A stretch of DNA of 52,897 bases from positions 102,634,315-102,687,211 of the forward strand of contig NC_057718.1 in assembly GCF_004010195.1 (NCBI RefSeq). The letters are read 5' to 3'. The notes under the pieces were generated by a model. That model saw only the letters and a list, made by a program, of their open reading frames with translations. It was not told the DNA's origin and made no database searches. The translations under genes and the position numbers were made by a program. Below, piece after piece: positions 35,899 to 47,937 of this stretch. This stretch comes from Chiloscyllium plagiosum. Lineage: Eukaryota. How positions within the stretch are numbered: position 1 is the stretch's first letter; each line of letters begins with the position of its first letter.

Positions 35899-36167
35899 CT
35901 GGTGGAAAATGCAAAATGCTCTGATTACTGTCACGTCAACACTACATGCAACATTTATTTCACAATCATAGTAAAACAAAATACACACAAGCTTTTAAAA
36001 AATCTCAAATCAACCTTTTTCATATTTCCATAAGCGACTCTCATCTTGCGGAATTCCTGAGTAAATAATGGGGTTGGTGAATAAAAACCTTTAGCTAATC
36101 TCAGGAAAATAAAATTCAAGATGAGGTAGATGGAGAGTAGCGTGGAGCATAAACTCTAGCAAAGATT

Positions 36168-36295
36168 TACCTGAGGAAGGGGCAGCACTCCAAAAGCTCA
36201 TGATTTCAAATAAACCTGGTGTACCATAGCCAGGTGTCATGTGGCTTCTGACTTTGCCCAACTCAGTCCAACACCGGCACCTCCACATCATGGCT
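36168..36295 (+). mobile_element. PLE family-2 pLTR remnant
   Basis: ctgaggaaggggcagcactccaaaagctc...aaataaacctg, similar to 27932-28011. Confidence 0.6.
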
Positions 36296-36726
36296 TGGAA
36301 CATTACAGTACAGTACAGGCCCTTCAGCCCTTGATGTTGTGCCGACCTGTGAAACCAATCTGAAGCCTACCTAACCTACACTATTCCATTTTCGTCCATA
36401 TGTCTTTGCAATGATCATTTAAATACCCTTAAAGTTGGCGAGTCTACTACTGTTGCAGGCAGTGCGTTCCACGCCCCACTACTGAGTACAGAAACAACTC
36501 TGACATCTGTCATATATCTATCACCCCTCAATTTAAAGCCATGCCCCCTCATGCTAGCTTAATTGAGCAGACTGGCCAGTTTCTCCTCAGAAGTGACTAC
36601 CACTCCCAGTTGGGTAACATTAAAATGTTGGGAAAGTACAAAATCAGGATGTATTGATGAACCTTTATGAAATGCTGGTTCAGCCTCTACTGAAGCACTG
36701 TGTCTAATTCTGTGCACCAGAAAAAG

Positions 36727-37352
36727 AATCATAGAGTCAGAGATGTACAGAACGGAAACAGACCCTTCAGTCCAACCCATCCATGCTGACCAGATATCCC
36801 ATCCCAATCTACACCCACCTGCCAGCACCCGGCCCATATCCCTCCAAACCCTTCCTATTCGTATACTCATCCAAATGCCTTTTAAATGTTGCAATTGTAC
36901 CAGCCTCTACCACCTCCTCTGGTAGCTCATTCCATACACGTACCACCCCGTGTGTGTGGAGTGCAAGTTCATAGCTCCTTGAAAGTGGAGTCGCAGGTAG
37001 ATAGGATAGTGAAGGCGGCGTTTGGTATGCTTTCCTTTACTGGCCAGAGTATTGAGTCCTGGAGTTGGGAGGTCATGTTGTGGCTGTACAGGACATTAGA
37101 TAGGCCACTGTTGAATATTGCATGCAATTCTGGTCTCCTTCCTATCGGAAAGATGTAGTGAAATCTGAAAGGGTTCAGAAAAGATTTACAAGAATGTTGC
37201 CAGAGTTGGAGGATTTGAGCTATAGGGAGAGGCTGAATAGGCTGGGGCTGTTTTCACTGGAGCGTCGGAGGTTGAGGGGTGACCTTATAGAGGTTTACAA
37301 AATAATGAGGGGCATGGTTAGGATAAATAGACAAAGTCTTTTCCCTGGGGTG
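36727..37352. mobile_element. CR1 copy with 5' inversion
   Basis: 3' end on - (36727-36950) abuts the upstream ORF2 segment on + (36953-37352); compared with the colinear copy at 47938-49947. Confidence 0.8.
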
Positions 37353-38298
37353 AATTGATGAGAATGAAATCTCCCACCGCTGGAACCAGTTATGTTAAAC
37401 ACACTGGAGAAGATGAGACTGTTCTCCTCTCAGTGAGGAGATTTGATCAAGGTATTAAGCTTTAGCAAATGGGTTGAAAACCAGAGGCCAATGACTGGTG
37501 AATGGGAAAGAACAAAAGATGACTTGAGGAAAATACATTTTCAATCAGTGAATGTTAGGATCTAGAATATACTGTCTGAGCAGGTGGTTGAGGTAAATTC
37601 ACTTATGAAATTCAGAAGGGAACTGGATAAGCATTTGAACAAAAAAAACAGTTTTCAGAAATGTGGGGAAAGGGTGTAAGAATGAGAATAGCTATATTAC
37701 TCTTACACTGAGTCATAGTTTTATGCTAAGGGATAGCAGATTTAAAACAGAGGTGGTAAATTACTTCTCCTGAAGAGTTATGAATCTGTGGAATTTATTA
37801 CCTCACAGTGCAGTGGATGCTGGAACACTGAATAAATTTAAGGAGGAGGTGGAATGATATTTAATTTGCTGTGGTTAAAGGGTTATAGAGGGCAGGAAAG
37901 TGGAGCTGAAGCTGAGATGTGATCAGCCGTGATCATACTAATTAGTTGAACAGGCTCAAGTTCTTATGTAAAGGAAAGGAAATTCATATCTGAATGTGAC
38001 GAATGAGTTTAAAGTGTTTTGTTGATTCTTCGTGTAGTCAGTATAAATTGGAAACACTAAATCCATTTGGTTACTCCTCCTTCAAGCAATGCTAGCAATG
38101 TGCTTCGGTGATTGAGGTTAGGGCCATTTCATTATTAACTCCTAAATAGATTAATTATTGGAAAATCTGTGCTAATTTTTAAATCATGTTTATATTATTT
38201 TTGCATATGTTTTGGCAGGAAGAAGCAATAGTTCCCTTTAAATAGTATTGTATTTGTAAGATTTTAAAGTTAGATCAAATGATACAGAAATTAGTTAC

Positions 38299-38554
38299 CT
38301 GCCCCCTCTCGCAGCTGCAGCTGCACCACGGGGTGCGTTGGCAGCTTTTTGAGGAGAGGCTACTGCAGGTCCTTTTGTGGCAGTGGCCCTGCCCCTGGCT
38401 GCTCCACCTTTTGGAGGAGCAGGAGCTGCTGATGCTGCACCTTTCAGTGCCTGTTGCTGCTGCTGCTGTTGCTGTTGCTGGTGCTGGTGCTGCTGCTGCT
38501 GCTGCTGAGCTTTGAGGGACTCGTCCATTTTCCAATCCCGCCACCATTTCTGTT
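38299..38554 (-). CDS. Unnamed TPR-like gene exon with polyQ and Ala/Gly/Lys/Pro-rich linker
   Basis: ttatttcAG acceptor, GTAACT donor, 256 nt, phase 1 to 2 consistent with neighbours. Confidence 0.85.
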
Positions 38555-38943
38555 CTGAAATAAGAGAGAAATAAAAATACCCAGATCTATGAAAGATGAT
38601 AACACTACTCGACATACAATCTATCATTTCCTAGGCTTCTCATTCTTTTCAATCAGAGAAACTGTAGAACACATAGATCTATGCATTAATTTATAAGAAC
38701 ATAAAAAAATGGAGGTGGCCAGTTGGCCCCTTAAGCCTCAATGAAATCATGGCTGGTCTTTTACTTCAATACAGTTATCCTGTACCATACATCAATGTGC
38801 ACAAACCTCAGTTTCTGTCTTGAACACAGTTAATGATTGAGCCTACACAATCCTCTGAAGAACAGAATTCCAAAGATTCACCACCTACTGAATGAAGAAA
38901 TTCCTCATCTGTCTTAAATGGCCTGCCCCTTATTCTGAGTTGA

Positions 38944-39670
38944 AGAGTGTGGTGCTGGAAAAGCACAGCCTGTCAGGCAGCACCTAAGAAGCAGGAGAAT
39001 CGATATTTCAGGCATATGCCCTTCTTCAGGAATGAGGCTTGTGAGCAAAGGGGGCTGAGAGATAAATGGGAAGAGGGTGGGCTGGGGGGGAAAAGGCAGC
39101 TGGGAATGCGATAGCTAGATGAAGGTGGGGGAGGTGATAGATCAGAGAGGAGGGTGGAGCAGATAGGTGGGAAGGAAAATGGACAGGTGGGACAGTTCAA
39201 GAGGGTGATGCCGAGTTGGAAGGTTGGGAGTGGGATCAAGTGGCCGGGGTGGGGTTGGGGAAAGTGGTGAAATCCATATTGATCCCATGTGGTTGGAGAC
39301 TCCCAAGGCGGAAGATGAGGCGTTCTTCCTCCAGGCGTCGGGTGGTAAGGGTTTGGCGCTGGAGGAAGTTCAGGATCTGCATGTCCTTGGCGGAGTGGGA
39401 GGGGCAGTTAAAGTGTTCAGCCATAGAGTGGTGGGGTTGGTTAGTGCGGGTGTCCCAGAGATGGGCTCTGAAACAATCCACAAGTTAGCGTCCTGTCTCC
39501 CCAATGTGAAGGAGACCACATCGGGTTCAACAGATGCAGTAGATGACATGGGTGTAAGTACAGGTCAATCTCTGCTGGATGTGGAAGGATCCTTTGGGGC
39601 CTTGGATGGAGGTGAGGGGGACGTGTGGGTGCAGGTTTTGCACTCCTTGCAATGGCAGGAAAAGGTACCG
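38944..39670 (-). mobile_element. Penelope-like element 3' fragment (GIY-YIG and pLTR with degenerate hammerhead)
   Basis: ORF track shows HVIYCIC, AEHFNCPSHS...LIFRLGSLQPHGIN, homologous to 1709-2486. Hammerhead-like motif ~38998-39033. Confidence 0.88.
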
Positions 39671-40065
39671 AGAGAGAACAGTGAGTTGGTTGTTCCTGTC
39701 AGTTTGTGTCATTGTCCTCCATTTTCAGTGGCAGGGCACAGAGGCAAGTCCCATACAGAGGCAAGTCCCATATGCATTGAATTCTGTGCTCATGGAGATC
39801 AGGAATTGAACCTGAATTGATAGCTTTAACCAGATTCACAATACCCAATCTACAGAACTGAGTTAACAGTGCCCCCTATCTCCCCCGCTACTTTCAGTAT
39901 AGCAACTTTAAATAATTGAAGGTGTTGTTGTGGAATTTGCAGAGTAGGCAATGAAGAGCTATTTAATGCTAAAGTTACTCAGCATTTTTCAACTCCAACA
40001 CAGACAATTCGCATAGGTAGTATGACTGGAAGTTATGTATTTGAGCTCCCGTACTCAGATTTATG

Positions 40066-40290
40066 GGAATTGGTTTAGCTCAGTTGGCTGGATTGTTGGT
40101 TTATAGAGCAGTGTGATGTGAACAGCATGGGTTCAATTCCCCTCACTGGTTTGAGACCACCATGAGGGACGTTCCTTCTCAGCCTCGTCCCTTGGCTGAT
40201 GTCTGGTGGCCCTCAGGTTAAATCACCACCAGTCACTTTTCTCTAATGAGAGCAGCCACTATGGTCTGGTAAGACGATGGCGACACAACA
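40066..40290 (+). mobile_element. Second tRNA-derived SINE family (another copy ~17283-17465 on -)
   Basis: A-box tagctcagttgg, B-box ggttcaattcc; 13 bp TSD actcagatttatg at 40053-40065 and 40291-40303. Confidence 0.8.
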
Positions 40291-40603
40291 ACTCAGATTT
40301 ATGTAGAAAGCCTATAGTATGCATAGGTTGCCGCTTGAGTACAATACCAAGGGATGCTGCATCCATTGCTGGAGTTCATTCTTGGGTGAAAATTTAAAAT
40401 GAGGCATATCTCATTCAGATTTCCTTAACAGATGCTATGTTACTAATGGAAGGAACGGAGAGGAGTTCTCTTGGCAACTTTGCCATTAATTATCCTTCAA
40501 TTGACCCCATCAAAAAAACAAATGAATCACTCATTTACTTCATTGCTTCCTAGGAACCTTGAGGGGAGTAAACTAGCTGCCTTAAAATAATAAATGCGCT
40601 TTT

Positions 40604-43600
40604 TTAAAGAATATATTTTTATTGAAAAAAATAGATTTTTAAAAAGTATTCCAACAAAACAAAACAAAACAATACAAAGAAAAAGGCCTTCTCTGCATCT
40701 AGAGAAATCACCAATCCCTGTATTGACTGTTGTTGACATGCTTGAATTACATTATTGGAGGATCTGCAGTCCTTTACGAAGGCTGTCTGGTCCTCTTTAA
40801 TAATAGGAAGTAACACAGTCTCCAGCCTTAATACAAGAGTCTTTAAAATCCTCTAAGTCCACATTTAAGAGTGAGATGGGTCTGTACGAAGCACAGTCCT
40901 CCGGGACCTTCCCTTTCTTAAGAATAAGCAAAATATTGACTTCTCTTACAGATGCAAGAGATGATCACGGCTGTATAGTCATTAAACATATTGAGCATCG
41001 GGCCTGATACTATGTTTATAAATTCCTTATAGAATTCACTGGGAAGTCCATCAGAACCAGACGCCTTCCCACTCTGAAGCTGCTTCACAGCCTCCTGCAC
41101 CTCTTGCTCTGATAAGGGGGCATTGAGAAAGGACTCTTGTCAGGGGTCACGCCCGAGAGCTCCAGATCCTTATAAAAGGATTCCATTTTGGCCCGTCCCT
41201 CCTTACAATCCTCAGATTGGAATAATTCAGAGTAAAATCTCAGGAATGCCGCATTAATCTTTTTGGAATCACATGTTAGGTTCCCAGACCCTTCCCTATT
41301 TGCTGTAATGGCTTGAGGGGCGCTCCTTTTCCTGGCGAGATACGCTAGGTACTTGCCAGGTCTGTCACCATGCTCATATAACCTCTGTCTTGCAAAAGTA
41401 GGCTCCTTCTTGCTGTCTCCATGAGCACAGAATTCAATGCAGACTGCAGTGCCGTAATCCTCTGTAGCTTGACCAACGAGGCCCTGTCAAAGTAAGCCTG
41501 CTCGGCTGCCTTCAACCGTGCTTCGAGTTGTTGCTGCTCGCCCTTCTGCCACTTCCTACAGGCAGAGTAGGAAATAACTAACCCCCTGGCATAAACTTTG
41601 GCAGTTTCTCAAAGGACGGACAGGCTACTAACCAAGCCTGAGTTATTATCTCGGAACGCCTGAAATTCCCTCGAGAAATACTCCACAAGCCTATTATTCT
41701 TAAGGATAAAGGGATCCATTTGACAGTGCCTCAGGCCCACTATAGCATCCTTAGTCTTAACCAACAGGTACACTGGAGCATGATTGGAGATGGTAATATT
41801 ACCAATCGCACAAGATGCCACCAAGCCCAGGGGTCAGAAAAATAAATCAATCCTGGTGTGACATCTGTGTGGATTGGAAAACAAAAAGTTAAATCCCTGC
41901 CTGTAGAGTGGAGACGCCTCCAGACGTCCACCAACCCTAACTCCACACACATATCCACATAGTTTTTACAGAGGGTATCGAGGGGCCTTTGGTCAGCCTG
42001 TCTACGGTGGGATCCATGAGACAGTTAAAATCTCCCCCTGTAATAATATGCTGGGACTCGAGACTGATCAGTTTAGAAAACGAATCTATCAAAAATGGAT
42101 GAGCTGGAGGGCAATAACCATTTAAAACTCCATATTCTTCTCCATTTTTCAGGGCTTTGAGAATTACAAAGCTCCTGTGTGTGTGTTTAACATATTTTAG
42201 TAACTTAAATGGGAGATCCCTCCTAACCAACACAGCCACTCCCTTACTTCTGGTATTAAAAGTTGAAAAGTAAACCCGATCAAAGCCATTCTGCGGTAGT
42301 TTCAAATTCCCCCTATCATCCAAGTGTGTCTCCTGTAACAAAGCAATATCCACCTTCTTTCTAAGACTCAAAAGTACGTTCTTCCTCTTAAACAGTGAGT
42401 GGCTCTTCTTGATATTCCAGGTACACCACTTAATCAAGTCATTAGCCAAAGCCTTCTGCAGTAACATTTAAATTCCAGAGAGGAGGAACTTGAACCACAA
42501 ATCGCTGAGCCTTCGTGTCACATAATCCATCAAATATAAAAACAACAAACTAAAACCACTACAGTTGACAAACCTACAAAGCTTTCAAAGATTGTACACA
42601 ACAAGAACCAAAAGAACAGACCAACACAAAGCACCAACAGCGCTGAATAGGGGAACTCACCTCCTGCCCAAAGGGGACAACTACTCATCCCAAACTGCCC
42701 GTAATTAGGCATCTAACCATCCCAACCATTTTCCCTCCTCCTAGCTAGAGCTGTACCACAAACACAAGCAGAAAAGGAAGTAAATACAACATGGAATAGC
42801 AATATGAATAAAGAAAAAAAGAAAAAAGGGGTAAATACCCCAACCATCCTTTGGTATAACTTAGAAATTGAAAGTACACATCTCAACTGCCGCCAAACAT
42901 AGGAAAAGAAAGATCCAACCTGACTTGCTTTGTTTTTTAAAAAAAAGACATACCCAAACAACATGTCTACTTGCACATACTAAATCGTTCTGATTAGATT
43001 AATTTGTCCACCAAGTCTCTTGCCTTCTCGGACGTGTCAACGAGATGTACGGATCCATCTAGATTAGATTAGATTAGATTACAGTGTGGAAACAGGCCCT
43101 TCGGCCCAACAAGTCCACACCGACCCGCCGAAGCGAAACCCACCCCATACCCCCACATTTACCCCTTACCTAACACTACGGGCAATTTAGTATGGCTAAT
43201 TCACCTGATCCTGCACATCTTTGGACTGTGGGAGGAAACCGGAGCACCCGGAGGAAACCCACGCAGACACGGGGAGAACGTGCAAACTCCACACAGTCAG
43301 TCGCCTGAGGCGGGAATTGAACCCGGGTCTCTGGCGCTGTGAGGCAGCAGTGCTAACCACTGTGCCATCGTGCCGCCCATCTAAGGTGATCCGAAGCACT
43401 GCCAGATACCTCAGAGTGTACTGGATCCCAAGCTCCCTCAGTCTTCTCTTGACACCGTCATAGGAGTTTTGTTTCTGGATCACCACCGCTGAGAGGTCCT
43501 GGAAGAACATGATCTTAGAGCCCTCGTAAAGAAGGGCCTTCGGATCCTTCCCCTGGATTCTGGAAACTTCCACAACTCTCTCCTTATCTCTAAAGTGATG

Positions 43601-44296
43601 AAACTGCACCAGGAGAGGACGAGGATGTTGACCCAGACCTGACCTCCATGCCGTGACTCGGTGAACCCTCTCAATCTTCAAGCCTCTCACGCCAGCCTCC
43701 AAGTTAAGGAATTTCAGCAACCAGTCCTCAATAAGTTCCACCAGCCACTCACCTTCCTGACCCTCCGGCAGACCGACAATCCTAATATTTCTTCTGCCCC
43801 TGTTCTCAACGCCATCATGCAAACTACGGACCTGCCTCCCCAGGGCTTGGATCCTATCCTTGGAGGAACTGGCATCAGCTTCCACCACTGTGACCCTCTC
43901 CTAACTCATCCGCCCTTTTTTCCTAGGTCTCCCAGCTGCTGTTTATGCTTCTACAGCATGATAGAGGAGAAGCTGGTCCCGATCTCTATCTGCTTCCCCA
44001 ACATAGAGAGATTTTGTGAGCTCCTTCACCAGGGCCTGGTAGGAAATAGAGTCCGAGGATCCTGCAGGCTGAGCCGTGGGCCGCCTCAGACGCTCCACCT
44101 CCCTTCTTCGGCATCTCTGGACGGCAAAAACGCAGATAAGTTAATTTTTCACAGTCTCCTGGGACTCTGACCTTTCCAGAGTCCCAGGATAATGCAATGG
44201 TCCGGGTTGGGAAGGTTAGAAGTTCGTTCTGCTTGTGATGCAGTGTGGAGCTCTGCAATGCGCTCTTCCTAAGTCACCGCCATCTTGGATCCCCCC
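40604..44296 (-). mobile_element. L1-clade LINE with both ends and an internal deletion of most of RT
   Basis: 5' end ggggggatccAAGATGGCGG. ORF1 (ENRGRRNIRIVGLPEG, KIERVHR), APE (TWNI..., ALLQETHL, GGDFN), and RT up to ISLDAEKAF, then 3'UTR, AATAAA and A-tail. TSD ataaatgc(g/a)ctttt at 40590-40603 and 44297-44310. Confidence 0.92.
43062..43376 (-). mobile_element. Young HE1-type SINE inserted in L1 ORF1
   Basis: CpGs retained, (AATCT)n tail, TSD ccatcta at 43055-43061 and 43377-43383. Confidence 0.9.
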
Positions 44297-44439
44297 ATAA
44301 ATGCACTTTTAAGGGAAACCCATGCACTTACTTTTAGAGGTATAAGTTCTGGTTCCTGCTTTCTTACTTCACTGGGCTCACAGTGTATGTTTTTCCCATT
44401 ATTTAAAAACAGATGGGTGTGCAGAACCAGTTCACTTAC

Positions 44440-44638
44440 TAGTCAGTTCCACTGGTGGTGTTCCAACGACTGGTTTGTTTTCCAGGGTGATGCTGGCTCG
44501 AAAACAAAGGCAGGCATCTTCAAGGAGAACTTTTTTATCTTTTGTGGGCTCACTGTCATATTCAGCCATGAATGCCAAGCCAAGCATATACAGAGCATTA
44601 CCGTTGCATGGTGTTGTTTCAACTCTTAATTGGCACAC
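44440..44638 (-). CDS. Unnamed TPR-like gene exon (VCQLRVETTPCNGNALYMLGLAFMAEYD...DACLCFRASITLENKP...)
   Basis: cttttcgtAG acceptor, GTAAGT donor, 199 nt. P..ALY.LG.A / A...F..SI.LE pattern resembles a TPR. Confidence 0.88.
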
Positions 44639-44729
44639 CTACGAAAAGAGGGATTGATTTGTCATTGAGGAAAAATGCCAGCAACATCACAAACTTAAAA
44701 AACAGCTGAGTGGTGAGGCTGATGTAACT

Positions 44730-46050
44730 ATTTAAGACCACAAGAAATAGGAACAGAAGGCAGCCGCTTGGTTTTTAGAGTCTGCTGTGCCATTCAATAG
44801 GATCATGGCTGATCCAATATTCCTCAGGTTCACTTTCCCGCCTTTTCCCCACATCCCTTGATTTCTCTCCTGAGCAAGAATGCATCCCAGTCTTAAATAT
44901 ACAGAGTGACTCTGCCTCCACCCCACAGCTCTCTGTGGTAAGGAATTCCAAAGACTCAACTCCCTGAACGAAGAAATTCCTCCTCATCTCAGTATGAAAT
45001 TGGCTTCCCTTTATTGAGGCTATATCGTCTGGTCCTAGACTCTCCCATGAGGGGGAACATCCTCTCAGCATTTACCCTGTCAAGCCCCTTAGGAATCTAA
45101 TAAGATTTACTGAAATTACCTTTCACTCTTCGAAACTCCAATGAGACCATGATGCTATTGTTTCTAATTTTTGAGGTAACAACCATTATATGGTCATGTC
45201 CTGAAACGTGTTTTATTGAATCATGCAGCTTTTGTTTGCTGTGGCTGCAGTACATACGTTTGCTTCCTCCAGGCCATTCACATGTTTTGCTAACATTTGC
45301 AATCTCAACACTGATCCCTGTGTCAACCTGAAAAATAACCCCTTATGACCATTCACTGCTTCCTGCCCCTTAGCTAATTTTCTATCCATACCATTATACT
45401 ACCCCAAACACCAATGGGTCTTATGAATTAACCTCTTGTGAGGTCCCTTGTCAAATGCCCTCTTGAAGTCCAAATACAACACACACACCGGTTCCCCTCT
45501 ACCAACTCTGGGTGGGACATCCTAAAAAAAAACTCAAATAAATTAAGCGTCGAAGGCTGAGGGGTGACCTTATAGAAGTTTACAAAATCATGAGGGGCAT
45601 GGATAGGATAAATAGACAAAGTATTTTCCCTGGGGTCGGGGAGTCCAGAACTAGAGGACATAGGTTTAGGGTGGGAGGGGAAAGATAAAAGAGACCTAAG
45701 GGGCAACCTTTTCATGCAGAGGGTGGTACGTGTATGGAATGAGCTGCCAGAGGATATGGTGGAGGCTGGTACAATTGCAACATTTAAAAGTCATCTGGAT
45801 GGGTATATGAATAGGAAGGGTTTGGAGCGATATGGGCTGGGTGCTGGCAGGTGGGACTAGATTGGGTTGGGATATCCGGTCAGCATAGATGGGTTGTACC
45901 GAAGGGTCTGTTTTCATGCTGTACATCTCTATGACTCTATAAATTAGTCAGACACAATTTCCCTTTCATGGTGCCATGTCAACTCAGCATGATTAGATAA
46001 TGATTTTCCAAATGTGCTGCTATTGCTTCCTTGATAATTGATTTCACAGC
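44730..46050 (-). mobile_element. Decayed CR1 with a younger + strand CR1 3' piece (45546-45938) inserted
   Basis: 8 bp TSD ataaatta at 45538-45545 and 45939-45946; host motif NLFEFF. Confidence 0.8.
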
Positions 46051-46937
46051 TCATCACCGGGATCTCAAAGGTGGACGCTTCAAGAAGCAACTTCAGTCTT
46101 TAGTGGCAACTCATCCACTCGTATAATAGACGGTTCAGGTTCGCAATATTATAATGTTAGTTGAGGAAACTGACTTTCAACAATAGGAAATTGCTAGTAA
46201 AATAATCATTACAACTAAGCATCACACCAGAATGGAAACATCAGATGGGTAATGGCTTTAGAAAGCAATATTTCAATCTAATGTCACAAATGCCGAACAA
46301 TGGAATAATGCAATATAAATTTGCCTTCCTCACAAAGCCAGTTCCAGATCTCAGGGAATGTGGTTGTCAAGGAAAAGATGATAATAGTATATTCAGTTCT
46401 TTGCAAGTAGTTGAGAAAATTGAACAGAAGTCACACTATAGAGGCCATTCTGCACTGTCACTGAATATTATTGACAGAGGCCAGGAAGTAGATTGCCTGT
46501 TCATTTCAGTTCAGTTCAGTTCAGTTAAGAGAGAGATAAATGGGGATAGGTTGAAAACAGAAACAACAGATTTTTGAAGGGAAATCTATAATGGATGCAT
46601 ACACGATAATCTTAAGAGTGTCCATTTAGAGTCTCTTTTGAAAACAGAAATTATTAAATCTTACAGTTATATTGAGAATGACAATGCGTCTACAATGTAG
46701 GAATAGATCAAGATTAACAAATTAAATTATTTATGTAAGCAGAAAGGTACAGTAGCAGGAAAATAATGTCTTTGTTATTACTTTTACATCTCTAAAACAT
46801 AAAAGATTAATGATGAAATCACAAATGAGTACAATAGAAAGAAAACACTAAGATCGAATGATTAATCGGAGTGCCACTTAATCAATATTTGATTGTCAAT
46901 ATCCAACACTGAATAACAGTAATTCTTGGTTTCATAC

Positions 46938-47166
46938 CGTTCGTTGCATCTCTTGAAGTTCTGCATTGGTTTGAAGGTTGGTATTTTTTATCAGTGCAGA
47001 CAAAGCCTGGCATCTTTTAGAAACCAAATCCTCATTTACCAATGTCTGATGGGCAAGTAATTCTAAAAGGGTAAAATGAGCCTCAAGCAGTAGCAATTCC
47101 AATTCCTGACTTAAAATTCCACGGTACGGATATTTGCACAGGCTTCGGGAAGTTAAATCGACAGCA
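46938..47166 (-). CDS. Unnamed TPR-like gene, most 5' exon found (AVDLTSRSLCKYPYRG...QEMQRT)
   Basis: tgtcAG acceptor, GTATGA donor, 229 nt open frame. Ends in phase 0, matching the next exon. Not in the ORF track because it has no start codon. Confidence 0.8.
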
Positions 47167-47937
47167 CTGACATCAATACAGAAAAATAATTGCAGATGAA
47201 ATATTCAGTAAAGACTTAAAATAGAGTGTTAATCATATCTAACAAATTAGTCTTGAGGAGAAGGGGAGAGAGAAATTGACCCCTTTCAAGTACTGAGTCA
47301 TATAAAAACTTGCATGTCTATAGTGTCTTTCATGACCTGTGGATGTGCCCAAGTACATTACAGCCAGTTACTTATTGGTATAATAACTATCACGTTATAA
47401 GAAATGCATCAGGCAATTTATTCTCAGTAGGACTCCACAAGTATCAATATAATTTAGAAAATGTGTTTGGCAATATTAACTGAGAGATTAATGTATAGGG
47501 TATAGGGAATGGTATTGGCATGGGATCTTTTCAACACCAGCAAAGAGTCCGAATGGGGCTGTGACTTAACATCTCAACCCAAAGATTGAACTCCAATGCC
47601 TCAAAGGTTATGAGTATGATTCCTGTTCGGAGTCACCCAACTTCAAGACTGGTAGCAATGGGAGTGCTGAAGTTCGTTTCAGTATGACAAGGCTTCTGCT
47701 CCTGATCAATGAAGCTTTGTCGGCAATGGGACTGCGAGAACTGACTGAGGTTACTGTTGGGCTCAGTATTCATATTTTCCATTGTTCAACAAATCTCCAA
47801 CACTCACAGCTGAAGAAAGACTTTTGGTGGAAATGGTGAGGAACGTATGCAGTTCATTTTGTGTCAGTCTTCACTATAGAGGATACAAGCAATATTTCAG
47901 AATTCACTGTAAATTAGGAAATGGAAAGTAGGCAGGA

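Noticed and set aside
36559..36720. Possible extra exon of the minus-strand gene
   Set aside because: The plus strand reads as decayed CR1, and exon phases already close without it
38275..38547. PolyAla and polyLeu/Ala ORFs in other frames
   Set aside because: Shadow frames of the CAG-rich exon; splice phases select the polyQ frame
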